Shown: positions 50,623 through 58,390 of the stretch, piece after piece
How positions within the stretch are numbered: position 1 is the first letter of the stretch
Layout: each line of letters opens with the position of its first letter
From: a virus
Taxonomy: Duplodnaviria; Caudoviricetes
IMG/VR virus record: IMGVR_UViG_3300020577_005688
Coordinates: 77,351-141,350 of that record
Length of the DNA stretch: 64,000 bases
Direction: 5' to 3' (one strand)
Translations under genes and position numbers: made by a program
Notes under the pieces: generated by a model
What the model saw: only the letters and a program-made list of their open reading frames with translations
Databases searched by the model: none
Told to the model about the DNA's origin: nothing

Positions 50623-50844
50623 TCATGTCTCCTTGTCGAGCTTTCCGTTAAGCTTGTGGACCAAGTAGGTCTTGATGAGAGTACGTTCAGGGGCGGACAG
50701 AGGGCCCGCTGCCTTCCAGTCTCCAATGGTTGCCATGAAGTTCGAGAATCGATCGATCTCAGCATCGAGAATCTTTGAGACCTCTTCTTTGGACTTCAGT
50801 GCATGCCAGTCACCGAGGATCACATTTACGTCTTTCATTCTCAT
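50623..50844 (-). CDS. hypothetical protein
   Basis: 73-aa ORF upstream of the previous gene. Confidence 0.6.
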   Translation of the reverse strand: MRMKDVNVILGDWHALKSKEEVSKILDAEIDRFSNFMATIGDWKAAGPLSAPERTLIKTYLVHKLNGKLDKET

Positions 50845-50952
50845 CCTGATTGCCTTTCGAGGTTCTGCAACATACTGATGAGGCGGTCAAGTAGTACCCG
50901 TAGGTAGGTATAAGGGTACTGTACACGGAAAAGTCTACATCTGAGAGGCATC

Positions 50953-52305
50953 ATGACATTCGAAGACAGAAACCTCAACTGGAACGGGAACACACGGGAG
51001 TTTCGTCAAATCAACTCCAGGTCAACCGCTCCACGAGTTTGGCGTGTAACTGTCGTAAACAACATCATTACGACTGTTTGGGGGCAACTTGGGGGTGCGG
51101 AGCAAGTCGCCCAAGAAGTGTCAGAAGCCATCAACAAAGGCAAGTCGAATGAGAAGACTCCAGATGTAGCAGCTCTGGAGAAGGCCAAGAGAATGGCTCT
51201 TCTGAAGTACCGCGAGGGCTACCGAGAATACGTGAATGGAACCGCTCTCGACGTAGCCGAGTCGACAATCGACTTCGACGACCTCCCCAACAATCTGTGT
51301 TTCTACAAACCAGATAACTCGATGGGAGCGGGGATCACAAAGAAAGCAGAAGCTGGGAACGTTCTGTACTCACGAAAAAGGAACGGACTCGCTTTTGTTA
51401 TTACGCGTGGGAAGCGGCACCCTCTCATCTACTCGCGTCGGATGATGCGTCAGCATGATGATGAGGTCGGAACCTCCCTCACGTGGAACGATCGATTTCC
51501 TCAAATCGTTGAGGCGGCTGCGAAGGTCATGCCTCAGAACTCAATCATGCTGGGGGAGCTTGTTGTCGATAGAAAGGGCTACGACGACTTTGCAGCCATT
51601 CAGAGCCTCACAAAGTCTCTCACCCTGGAGAGTCTCACACGTCAGAAGCAAGACAAACCAGCAAGCTTCTACATCTGGGACATCGCTTTCTGGGATGGTC
51701 AGGACTTGGTCACCAAGAGTCCAGTCATGTCGAGGTACTCCCTCATCCACGAATTGGAGTTCAGCGACGAGTCTCTCATCCCAGTTCAATTCTTCGACTC
51801 CTCCATCTTCCCAGTCCCACAGGCGGCACTCACCATCGCCAAGCACAACAAGTGGGAGGGTTTTGTCGTCATTGACCCTGAAGGTGTCTATGGAGACAAA
51901 GGATACAACTTCAAAGGCAAGCCAGATAGACCTGCTGCGTTCTGCGCAAAGCTGAAGCCATCTTTTGAGGATGACTTCATCGCAATCTGGGACCCGGAGG
52001 CCGGGCACGGTGAGAGAAGTACAAAGAAGAGCAACGACCGTGGCATCAAGAGCGTAGCGCTCTATCAAAGAGACTCAGAAGGAGAGCTCGTCTACATCTG
52101 CAACGTCTCTTCAGGTCTCTCGAAAGAGCAGATTCGAGAATGGTCAGACCCCAAGAAATTCCCGATGGTCTGGAAGGTCGAGTACACCGAGCGGTTCTTC
52201 AAGAGCCAAGGGGATGATACAAACGCTCTCATCTTCCCTCGCTTCGTCGAGGTGCGAACTGACAAGAAGGTCGAGGAATGTATCCTCCAAGAACCCGCGT
52301 CGTAA
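50953..52305 (+). CDS. lig: ATP-dependent DNA ligase with N-terminal WGR-like domain
   Basis: Motif I RKRNG, YSR, motif III GEL, IIIa FYIWDI, IV WEGFV, V KLKP, OB-fold FPRF..R.DK. Confidence 0.88.
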   Translation: MTFEDRNLNWNGNTREFRQINSRSTAPRVWRVTVVNNIITTVWGQLGGAEQVAQEVSEAINKGKSNEKTPDVAALEKAKRMALLKYREGYREYVNGTALDVAESTIDFDDLPNNLCFYKPDNSMGAGITKKAEAGNVLYSRKRNGLAFVITRGKRHPLIYSRRMMRQHDDEVGTSLTWNDRFPQIVEAAAKVMPQNSIMLGELVVDRKGYDDFAAIQSLTKSLTLESLTRQKQDKPASFYIWDIAFWDGQDLVTKSPVMSRYSLIHELEFSDESLIPVQFFDSSIFPVPQAALTIAKHNKWEGFVVIDPEGVYGDKGYNFKGKPDRPAAFCAKLKPSFEDDFIAIWDPEAGHGERSTKKSNDRGIKSVALYQRDSEGELVYICNVSSGLSKEQIREWSDPKKFPMVWKVEYTERFFKSQGDDTNALIFPRFVEVRTDKKVEECILQEPAS

Positions 52306-52577
52306 ATCTCCAGGCCTCCCCTTACGACGTGTACATCGGTAGGGCTGGAAGAGGGCAGGATGGATACTTTGGGAATCCGTTCAAGCTCTACGACGAGTCG
52401 AGAAGATTGGAAGTTGCCCTGAGCTACGAAGAGTGGTTCAGGTTTCGACTTCTTATCGACCCAACCTTCAAACAGAGAGTACACGCTCTCAAAGGAAAGA
52501 CTCTGGGATGTTTCTGCAAGCCGCATATCTGCCATGGAGACGTGATTGCGGACTACCTGAATTGGGAAGTTCCATGA
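52278..52577 (+). CDS. DUF4326-family protein
   Basis: YDVYIGR...FGNPF...LKGKTLGCFCKP..CHGDV. Confidence 0.85.
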   Translation: MYPPRTRVVNLQASPYDVYIGRAGRGQDGYFGNPFKLYDESRRLEVALSYEEWFRFRLLIDPTFKQRVHALKGKTLGCFCKPHICHGDVIADYLNWEVP

Positions 52578-52900
52578 CCGACAAAGAGCTGTTTGACGTT
52601 ATCTTCGCTGGCATCCATACGTACAAGACTCGGCACTACGAAGACATGGATAAGAAGGGAGAAGATAGGCATCCGTACCACTTCCCTTTTGAGGCTTACG
52701 TTGAGCTTGCCAAAGACATTACAAATGGGAATGGAGAATCCTTTCAAGCAGGGACGAAGTTTCGAGTTCGACTCGCTTCGAACATGGGGGACCTCTGTCT
52801 CAGCCGTAACTTCAAAGACGAGAATGGATACGAATTGAGGATCCGTCCTGGAGAGGGGCTCCTCACAAATTGCCACATCGTGAGCATGGGGAAAATCTAA
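52574..52900 (+). CDS. hypothetical protein
   Basis: ATGA-coupled 108-aa ORF. Confidence 0.6.
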   Translation: MTDKELFDVIFAGIHTYKTRHYEDMDKKGEDRHPYHFPFEAYVELAKDITNGNGESFQAGTKFRVRLASNMGDLCLSRNFKDENGYELRIRPGEGLLTNCHIVSMGKI

Positions 52901-53383
52901 ATGGCGATTGAACGAGAGAGAAAGTTCCTGGTGATTGCTTCCAAGCTCCCACCGTTGGATCCTGAGCAGGCCCACGTCATCGAGGCTGGGTACTTCACGC
53001 AGACTCCACCAGCGATTCGAGTCACCGTTCGAGATCACGGTCGACCTGGGAAGGAACCTCGATACAAGGTCTGCTTCAAGGGACCTGGTACCGACGTTCG
53101 AGCTGAGTACGAGTACTCGGTACCAGCTCAAGACGCTCTGGAGCTTCTCGCACTGAGCCCGACTTACATCAAGAAGCAACGCTTCTTCATCGATGGGTGG
53201 GAAGTGGACCGATTTGACTTCCCCGGCCACGACACTCTATGGACTGCAGAGTGGGAGGAAGATGAAGAAAAGGGCACCTTGCCTGCAGTTCTTCCTGAGT
53301 GGGTTGGTGGGGAGTTGACCGACAACTTCTTGTTCACCAACATGCGACTCGCCTGGGCACACGGAAAACGTCTGGGGCGATGA
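52901..53383 (+). CDS. CYTH-domain protein (triphosphate tunnel metalloenzyme)
   Basis: E.ERKFLV, RV..R, K, EYEY, IKK.R, WEVD.F, AE.E, PEW.G.E.T. Confidence 0.88.
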   Translation: MAIERERKFLVIASKLPPLDPEQAHVIEAGYFTQTPPAIRVTVRDHGRPGKEPRYKVCFKGPGTDVRAEYEYSVPAQDALELLALSPTYIKKQRFFIDGWEVDRFDFPGHDTLWTAEWEEDEEKGTLPAVLPEWVGGELTDNFLFTNMRLAWAHGKRLGR

Positions 53384-54264
53384 AGAAGGGCGACATGATT
53401 GTCTCAATCACTGGCCACCGACCCAACAAGCTCGGTGGATACAAAGTCCCAAACCTTCTGTACAACTCGGTCATCAACGGCCTGAATCAGACATTCGACA
53501 TTCTGAACCCGGACTTTGTGATTTCTGGGATGGCTCTCGGAGTCGACCAGTGGGCAGCTGAGTTGTGTGTGAAGAGGGGAATCAAATTCATTGCGGCTAT
53601 CCCTTTCCAAGGGCAAGAGTCGCAGTGGCCTTCTCACGCACAGGTCAGGTACGAGCAGTTGGTGAAGAAGTCTCATGCAGCATACATCATCACTCCTGGC
53701 CCTTACGCTGCTCACAAGATGCACTTGAGGAATCAGTGGATGGTGAACTCATGTGACGTTCTTGCTGCTGTCTGGGATGGAACTCCTGGAGGAACTGCTT
53801 CCTGTATCGAGTTTGCGCAGGCTCGGAAGAAGAAGATTTTCTGGGTTCCGTTCGACAACGCCAGCAAGGTTCCAAAAGTAGAGCCAACTCCTGTGATGCA
53901 GCACATTCCTCTCCCGAAGGTGGTCGTCCAGGCACCCTACAAGAAGGATGAGGCCTCGAAGTTCTTGGAGAGCGTAAAAGCCAAAGCCAAGGAACAAGCT
54001 GAGGAATTCAAGAAGACCATCGAGGTTCTGAAGAAGCAGCAGGCGAAAGAGAACGAAGAGAAGGAAGCTGCTCAGAAGTCCAAGAACAAAAAGTCGAAAC
54101 CTCTCTACGAGGTGGTGAACACTCTCTCAGAAGAACAGTTGCTCGAACTGAAAGAGCTCCTGATGGAGAAGGGTGTTGTCGGCGAAGGAGATTCGAAGAA
54201 GGAGTCAAAGGGGAAGGGTACGACTCCGAAGCACATCTATGGGCGTATCATCGATATCGACTAG
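53380..54264 (+). CDS. YspA/DUF1273 SLOG-family protein with charged C-terminal tail
   Basis: ITGHRP.KL, ISGMALGVDQWAA, RNQWMV..CD...AVWDG..GGT. Confidence 0.85.
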   Translation: MKKGDMIVSITGHRPNKLGGYKVPNLLYNSVINGLNQTFDILNPDFVISGMALGVDQWAAELCVKRGIKFIAAIPFQGQESQWPSHAQVRYEQLVKKSHAAYIITPGPYAAHKMHLRNQWMVNSCDVLAAVWDGTPGGTASCIEFAQARKKKIFWVPFDNASKVPKVEPTPVMQHIPLPKVVVQAPYKKDEASKFLESVKAKAKEQAEEFKKTIEVLKKQQAKENEEKEAAQKSKNKKSKPLYEVVNTLSEEQLLELKELLMEKGVVGEGDSKKESKGKGTTPKHIYGRIIDID

Positions 54265-54281
54265 GAACGTCAGAATAGTTC

Positions 54282-54310
54282 TTGACGTCTCGTCGCCTGC
54301 TCGCTACCCT
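54282..54310 (+). promoter_or_regulatory. sigma70-type promoter for the tRNA island
   Basis: TTGACG-17 nt-TACCCT. Confidence 0.5.
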
Positions 54311-54314
54311 TCGC

Positions 54315-54510
54315 TGAGTTGTCGGACCTGGAGACGCGGATTCAATGTTCGCCGAAACCTCACTCTGGCAGAAGCATGGGATCGCAAAATCCCAAGCAGG
54401 CTTTTGCCTTGAGTGCGGTTACCAGCTCAATCCAGCCACAATTGCTTCAGGGTCATCCAGGAACTAATCAGAGGTCGTCAAAAACCTCGCCTGGATGACC
54501 CGAAGAATCC
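54315..54510 (+). ncRNA. structured RNA/leader before the first tRNA
   Basis: Long hairpins at 54356-54420 and 54445-54505 (12-bp GGGTCATCCAGG/CCTGGATGACCC). Confidence 0.5.
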
Positions 54511-54523
54511 TGAGTCAAAATTT

Positions 54524-54597
54524 ACGGCAGAAGCCCCACTGGTAAGGGTACGGGCCTCCAAAACCCGCCGCTACAGGTTCGAATCCTGTCTGCCGTG
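54524..54597 (+). tRNA. tRNA-Trp(CCA)
   Basis: Acceptor ACGGCAG/CTGCCGT, loop CT-CCA-AA, T-loop TTCGAAT; no encoded CCA end. Confidence 0.88.
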
Positions 54598-54598
54598 C

Positions 54599-54898
54599 AT
54601 GGAATCTCTAGAATGCGCTCTCACTTACAATCCCCAAGGATGGGGAATCTCAGACATTGAGTCTGTGGCACTTGCAATCGACAACTCACACGAGAAGGAT
54701 GAACCAGACTACACCTGGATTCTCGGAATGAAGTCTGGAGAGTGGTACGCTGTACGTGGGTGGCACGATTACACCGGATGGGATTGTCAGTCTGGTTTGA
54801 GCACGGAGAAATACAAAACAAGAGAAGAAGCGTTCGCAACTCTTGTTGACTGGGAACGAGACATCGTAGAGAAGAACGCGGTCGTAGCTCAGAGGTAG
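54599..54898 (+). CDS. hypothetical protein (starts 2 nt after tRNA-Trp, stop inside tRNA-Gly)
   Basis: 99 aa; W....MKSG.W....GWHDYTGWDCQ motif. Confidence 0.65.
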   Translation: MESLECALTYNPQGWGISDIESVALAIDNSHEKDEPDYTWILGMKSGEWYAVRGWHDYTGWDCQSGLSTEKYKTREEAFATLVDWERDIVEKNAVVAQR

Positions 54899-54949
54899 AG
54901 CGTCTGCTTGCCATGCAGAAGGACGAGGGTTCAATTCCCTCCGGCCGCT
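54878..54949 (+). tRNA. tRNA-Gly(GCC)
   Basis: GCGGTCG/CGGCCGC, TCTGC-TTGCCAT-GCAGA. Confidence 0.92.
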
Positions 54950-54955
54950 TCATAT

Positions 54956-55038
54956 GGGGATGTTGAGAGTAAGGTCACTCGGTTAGACTGTAAATCTGAC
55001 GTCTTCGGAACAACTCGGTTCGAGTCCGAGCATCCCCA
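54956..55038 (+). tRNA. tRNA-Tyr(GTA)
   Basis: GGGGATG/CATCCCC, CT-GTA-AA, long variable arm. Confidence 0.88.
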
Positions 55039-55141
55039 ACGCGAACTCTCAGACGGAAATCTGAGAGAGTTCATTGAAATTCGAATAGTAGTGGCATTGT
55101 CTTCTGGATTGGTTCTGTCCTCTCCAGTCTGGAAGACATTT

Positions 55142-55214
55142 GCGTCCATAGCTCAATCGGTAGAGCAAGCGCCTCTTAAGCGCGAGGTTGTGGGTTCAAT
55201 TCCCTCTGGACGCA
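55142..55214 (+). tRNA. tRNA-Lys(CTT)
   Basis: GCGTCCA/TGGACGC, CT-CTT-AA. Confidence 0.92.
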
Positions 55215-55215
55215 C

Positions 55216-55404
55216 ATGAGTGATGAAAAGAAGGAAGGCTGGGGTGTCTTGAATCTCGTGACAAAGAAGTACGAGCAGGCCAAGAAGACGAAGAAGGAGG
55301 CGATGGAAGTCGTTGACGACTTGAACTCAGTAAGCACCGCCTTGAAGTCGGAGACAAGGTACGCAGTCATTCCTGGCAAATTCAGCGAGGATCTCTTCAA
55401 GTGA
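55216..55404 (+). CDS. hypothetical protein
   Basis: ATG 2 nt after tRNA-Lys; coupled to the next gene. Confidence 0.6.
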   Translation: MSDEKKEGWGVLNLVTKKYEQAKKTKKEAMEVVDDLNSVSTALKSETRYAVIPGKFSEDLFK

Positions 55405-55652
55405 AATACGAGATTGTCAGTACCGAAGTGTTCATCTACCCACTTGGATTCGACATTCATTGGGTCGCAAAGAACTGGGCAGCCCTTCCTGGGAGCCCAC
55501 TCAGGGATATGCCGGTGTCCGGCATTTTGTCGTTTCAAAAGACTCGCGACGGTTTCACGAAAGTCAATACTGAGACCATGGGCGAGGAGTTTTGTACTGC
55601 GGTCCTTACTCAGTTTCTTCGAGACTCTCTGAAAGAGAGCGAGGAAAAGTGA
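55401..55652 (+). CDS. hypothetical protein
   Basis: GTGA coupling. Confidence 0.55.
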   Translation: MKYEIVSTEVFIYPLGFDIHWVAKNWAALPGSPLRDMPVSGILSFQKTRDGFTKVNTETMGEEFCTAVLTQFLRDSLKESEEK

Positions 55653-55891
55653 AGAAACTTCTAAGTGATAAGAAGAAGGTGGAGTTCATTCGCATCTGGA
55701 GTGACTGGTTCTACGACCACTCTTCTTCTTACCGAGGAGCACTCGGAGTTCAATTGGCCTATCTTTGGCCCGCAATAATCAGAGAACACCAAATCGAAGT
55801 CTCAGAAAGGAGCGCCATCGTGAAATTGCTTCGTAAACAGAAGGTAGCTCCAGACTCCGACATTTGGGGCTACCTAGACATCGTCGGATAA
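55649..55891 (+). CDS. hypothetical protein
   Basis: GTG with SD GAGG; stop 2 nt before tRNA-Lys(TTT). Confidence 0.55.
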   Translation: MKKLLSDKKKVEFIRIWSDWFYDHSSSYRGALGVQLAYLWPAIIREHQIEVSERSAIVKLLRKQKVAPDSDIWGYLDIVG

Positions 55892-55892
55892 G

Positions 55893-55965
55893 GGATCCAT
55901 AGCTCAGTAGGTAGAGCAGCGGACTTTTAATCCGAGGGTCGTGGGTTCGAGCCCCACTGGATCCA
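55893..55965 (+). tRNA. tRNA-Lys(TTT)
   Basis: GGATCCA/TGGATCC, CT-TTT-AA. Confidence 0.93.
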
Positions 55966-55966
55966 T

Positions 55967-56694
55967 TCTCACATTGTTGGAGGACCAATGGCTTGAGATA
56001 ACCTTTTAAACGTGGCGCATCCGAAACGCTCTGGCTTGGTGTAAGCGAGCTGAAGTGGTCAGCCCTCTCAAATCAAACCATGTACCGGTGTCGATATCGA
56101 GAGACGCACAAACTCTGCAGTACTCGTCAAGGCGTGGCTGAGCGGACCGTCGACTTATCAATCGATAGGCGGGATGGCACCTGCCGAAAATCCAGGGCAA
56201 AAATTCTAAGACGAGAGAGTTGAGGAGAGAACTCGCGATTCTCAGTAGGCGAGTTGGATGTTGGCCAGCATATAATTTGACTGAAACCTTTGAGATAGAT
56301 TGACTCCAATGATCATTACACAATGCGAGGCGCTCGGGACTGTGGTGTAAGCGAGCCGTGTTGACCCACGCGGTGGGCCGACGACATACGGACAACGGGG
56401 AAGGAACAGTCGAGACTACATGTTGACCGGGATCCGCCCCTCCTCCAAAGGAGACAGGCGTGAAGGTCGGGGTGAGAGCAATCACTGCGGATAGTTTCTC
56501 CGTTTACGCACAGGGCCGACAGTCCGGGTATTTACCGGAAGTTGGCTTGGGGATGCAGAGGTCGCGTTCTGCACTGGAACGAGCATAGCAGCTCCCAACA
56601 TGAGTGGAGCTAAAGAAGTGAACATCTTTCCCTCATATCTCAGCCTATTGTACATCCATGCGTGTACACTATGTTACTGGGATATTGAGGCATC
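55967..56694 (+). ncRNA. large (~730 nt) structured non-coding RNA candidate (GOLLD/ROOL-like context)
   Basis: No + strand ORF of 60 aa or more; many helices with G-U pairs; 14-nt direct repeat TGGTGTAAGCGAGC; bounded by tRNAs. Confidence 0.6.
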
Positions 56695-56695
56695 T

Positions 56696-56766
56696 GCGGG
56701 TGTAGCTCAATGGTAGAGCCACAGCCTTCCAAGCTGAGGACGAGGGTTCGATTCCCTCTACCCGCT
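56696..56766 (+). tRNA. tRNA-Gly(TCC)
   Basis: GCGGGTG/TACCCGC, CT-TCC-AA. Confidence 0.92.
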
Positions 56767-56780
56767 CTCTCTCAAGACAC

Positions 56781-56852
56781 AATTGATTCGTCTAGTGGTT
56801 AGGATACTGCCCCTTGAAGGCAGTGACGTTGGTTCGAATCCAACATCGAGAG
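56781..56852 (+). pseudogene. degenerate tRNA-Gln(TTG)
   Basis: Intact D, anticodon and T arms, but C33 (loop CC-TTG-AA) and unpaired acceptor positions 1-2. Confidence 0.65.
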
Positions 56853-56854
56853 TG

Positions 56855-57003
56855 AGGCGAGAATTCTGCATCGTGAGGTGCAGACAAAGAGTACCGCATT
56901 ACTGAAGCGTGAAACCTTCTGGAAGTGCGGAGGCAAGGGGGCCATGAGTACACGAACATCTTCGTGTATTGAATCCCCTAGGTCTCCAAGGTACTCTTTG
57001 CCT
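56855..57003 (+). ncRNA. ~150-nt multi-stem structured RNA candidate
   Basis: Perfect 11-bp CAAAGAGTACC/GGTACTCTTTG enclosing two hairpins; GTGA-capped hairpin 5' of it. Confidence 0.5.
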
Positions 57004-57065
57004 ACGGGACTTAGTGGTAAGACAAGAATCGAGAGGTATTCGGTTCTCACAAGAAGAGTCGACAA

Positions 57066-57329
57066 ATGGGCGTTCGTGCGAAGATGCGTTGTGTCGAAGT
57101 GTCAGAGAGAACCAGCGTGACTGGGGCCGGTCTTGTCGAAGCGAAGTACATCCGTCTCCAAGCTGTGTACGGTGGAGACGACGACAAGGAGAACAGGGAC
57201 TGGTCGAAGTGGACACCCTCAGGAGAGTTGGCAATGACAGTCACCAACCCTGACGCCTTCAATCAGTTCAAGATCGGCAAGTGCTACTTCATCGACATGA
57301 ATGAAGTCATCGTCGAGCCAGTCAAGTAG
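57066..57329 (+). CDS. conserved-type phage hypothetical protein
   Basis: VRAK.RC...L.AVY...EN..WSKWTPSG.L.M...NP.A...F..GK.Y..D. Confidence 0.75.
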   Translation: MGVRAKMRCVEVSERTSVTGAGLVEAKYIRLQAVYGGDDDKENRDWSKWTPSGELAMTVTNPDAFNQFKIGKCYFIDMNEVIVEPVK

Positions 57330-57437
57330 TTCAGATCGTCAGCAAACCCGTGCCCTGCGAAGAGCGATTGGCCTTGGTGATTCCACAAGAGTCTCTACGG
57401 GAATGTCGCGAGCCCCGGCGAAACTGGGGTGTAGTTT

Positions 57438-57510
57438 TGGAGAGTGGCGCAATTGGTAGCGCAGTGGATTCTGACTCCAAAGGTTGAAGGTTCAAGTCCT
57501 TCCTCTCCAG
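57438..57510 (+). tRNA. tRNA-Gln(CTG)
   Basis: TGGAGAG/CTCTCCA, TT-CTG-AC. Confidence 0.88.
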
Positions 57511-57511
57511 C

Positions 57512-57916
57512 ATGACCATTCAATACAAGAAGGACGCTTTTGTTTTTGTGTTTGGAAGTAACCTTGCCGGTGTACATGGGGCTGGGGCTGCTCTCTTTGC
57601 GAGAAGGCATAGAGGTGCAGTACCTGGGCAAGGAGTGGGGCCACAAGGAGAGTCGTACGCCATCCCAACCAAAGACGAGAGAATCGAGACTCTCCCTTTG
57701 GAACTCATCAAACCTCACATCGAAGACTTCTTTCGATACGCGGCGGCCAACCCGACAGTCTTGTTTCAAGTGACTCGAATCGGATGCGGTCTCGCCGGAT
57801 TTACAGACGAGCAAATTGCTCCGTTGTTCAAGACTGCACCCAAGAACTGCATCATGCCACTTGAGTGGCTTCCATTCGTTGGAGACTTCAAAACGTGGGG
57901 TTCATTTGACGCTTGA
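57512..57916 (+). CDS. A1S_2505-type phage protein (macrodomain-like)
   Basis: VFVFGSNLAGVHGAGAA...SYAIPTK...FQVTRIGCGLAGF..EQIAPLF. Confidence 0.8.
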   Translation: MTIQYKKDAFVFVFGSNLAGVHGAGAALFARRHRGAVPGQGVGPQGESYAIPTKDERIETLPLELIKPHIEDFFRYAAANPTVLFQVTRIGCGLAGFTDEQIAPLFKTAPKNCIMPLEWLPFVGDFKTWGSFDA

Positions 57917-58205
57917 AAGCATCCCGACCGACGTTCCTCAGATTTGCCCAAAGTGTGACTACGTGTTCGATCACGTCACTGCCGCCGACTCGGAGATGGG
58001 GAAACCGTCACCAGGAGACTTCTCCATCTGCCTCAACTGTGGGGTCGTTCTTCAGTTCAGTGAGAACATGACACAAGTAGATGCGTCCCCAGAAGACTTC
58101 GAGAAGCTCGAAGAAGGCGACAAGACTCTCATCTTGCGGATTGTCCACGCAGTGAAGAGTAGTCCGAGCTTCGGAAAACTCGTCCGAAGAGACAAGATTC
58201 AGTGA
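57906..58205 (+). CDS. small zinc-finger protein
   Basis: CPKC...PGDFSICLNCG; start uncertain (TTG 57906). Confidence 0.6.
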   Translation: MTLESIPTDVPQICPKCDYVFDHVTAADSEMGKPSPGDFSICLNCGVVLQFSENMTQVDASPEDFEKLEEGDKTLILRIVHAVKSSPSFGKLVRRDKIQ

Positions 58206-58212
58206 GCAGTAT

Positions 58213-58285
58213 TGGGGTGTAGCTCAATTGGTAGAGCGGCGGACTTTGAATCCGTAGGTTCTAGGTTCAAGCCCTAGCACCCCAG
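58213..58285 (+). tRNA. tRNA-Gln(TTG)
   Basis: TGGGGTG/CACCCCA, CT-TTG-AA. Confidence 0.92.
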
Positions 58286-58289
58286 TAGA

Positions 58290-58361
58290 GCCGACGTAGC
58301 ACAACGGTAGTGCATCTGATTTGTAATCAGGAGGTTGTCGGTTCAAATCCGACCGTCGGCA
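58290..58361 (+). tRNA. tRNA-Thr(TGT)
   Basis: GCCGACG/CGTCGGC, TT-TGT-AA. Confidence 0.92.
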
Positions 58362-58375
58362 TAGGCGTAGTGATG

Positions 58376-58384
58376 TGGTATAGT
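58376..58384 (+). promoter_or_regulatory. extended -10 promoter (leaderless geometry)
   Basis: TG-G-TATAGT ends 6 nt before ATG 58391; no SD. Confidence 0.5.
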
Positions 58385-58390
58385 AGCGGT

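Noticed and set aside
55967-56694. tmRNA or RNase P RNA
   Set aside because: No tRNA-Ala-like ends or T-loop, and no GAGGAAAGTCC / CGGCTTA P4 signatures.
58310-58390. ORF-track N-terminal extensions running through tRNAs or RNA leaders (also 54413, 58799, 60355)
   Set aside because: They translate tRNA or leader sequence; the recognisable protein domains begin at the downstream ATGs.
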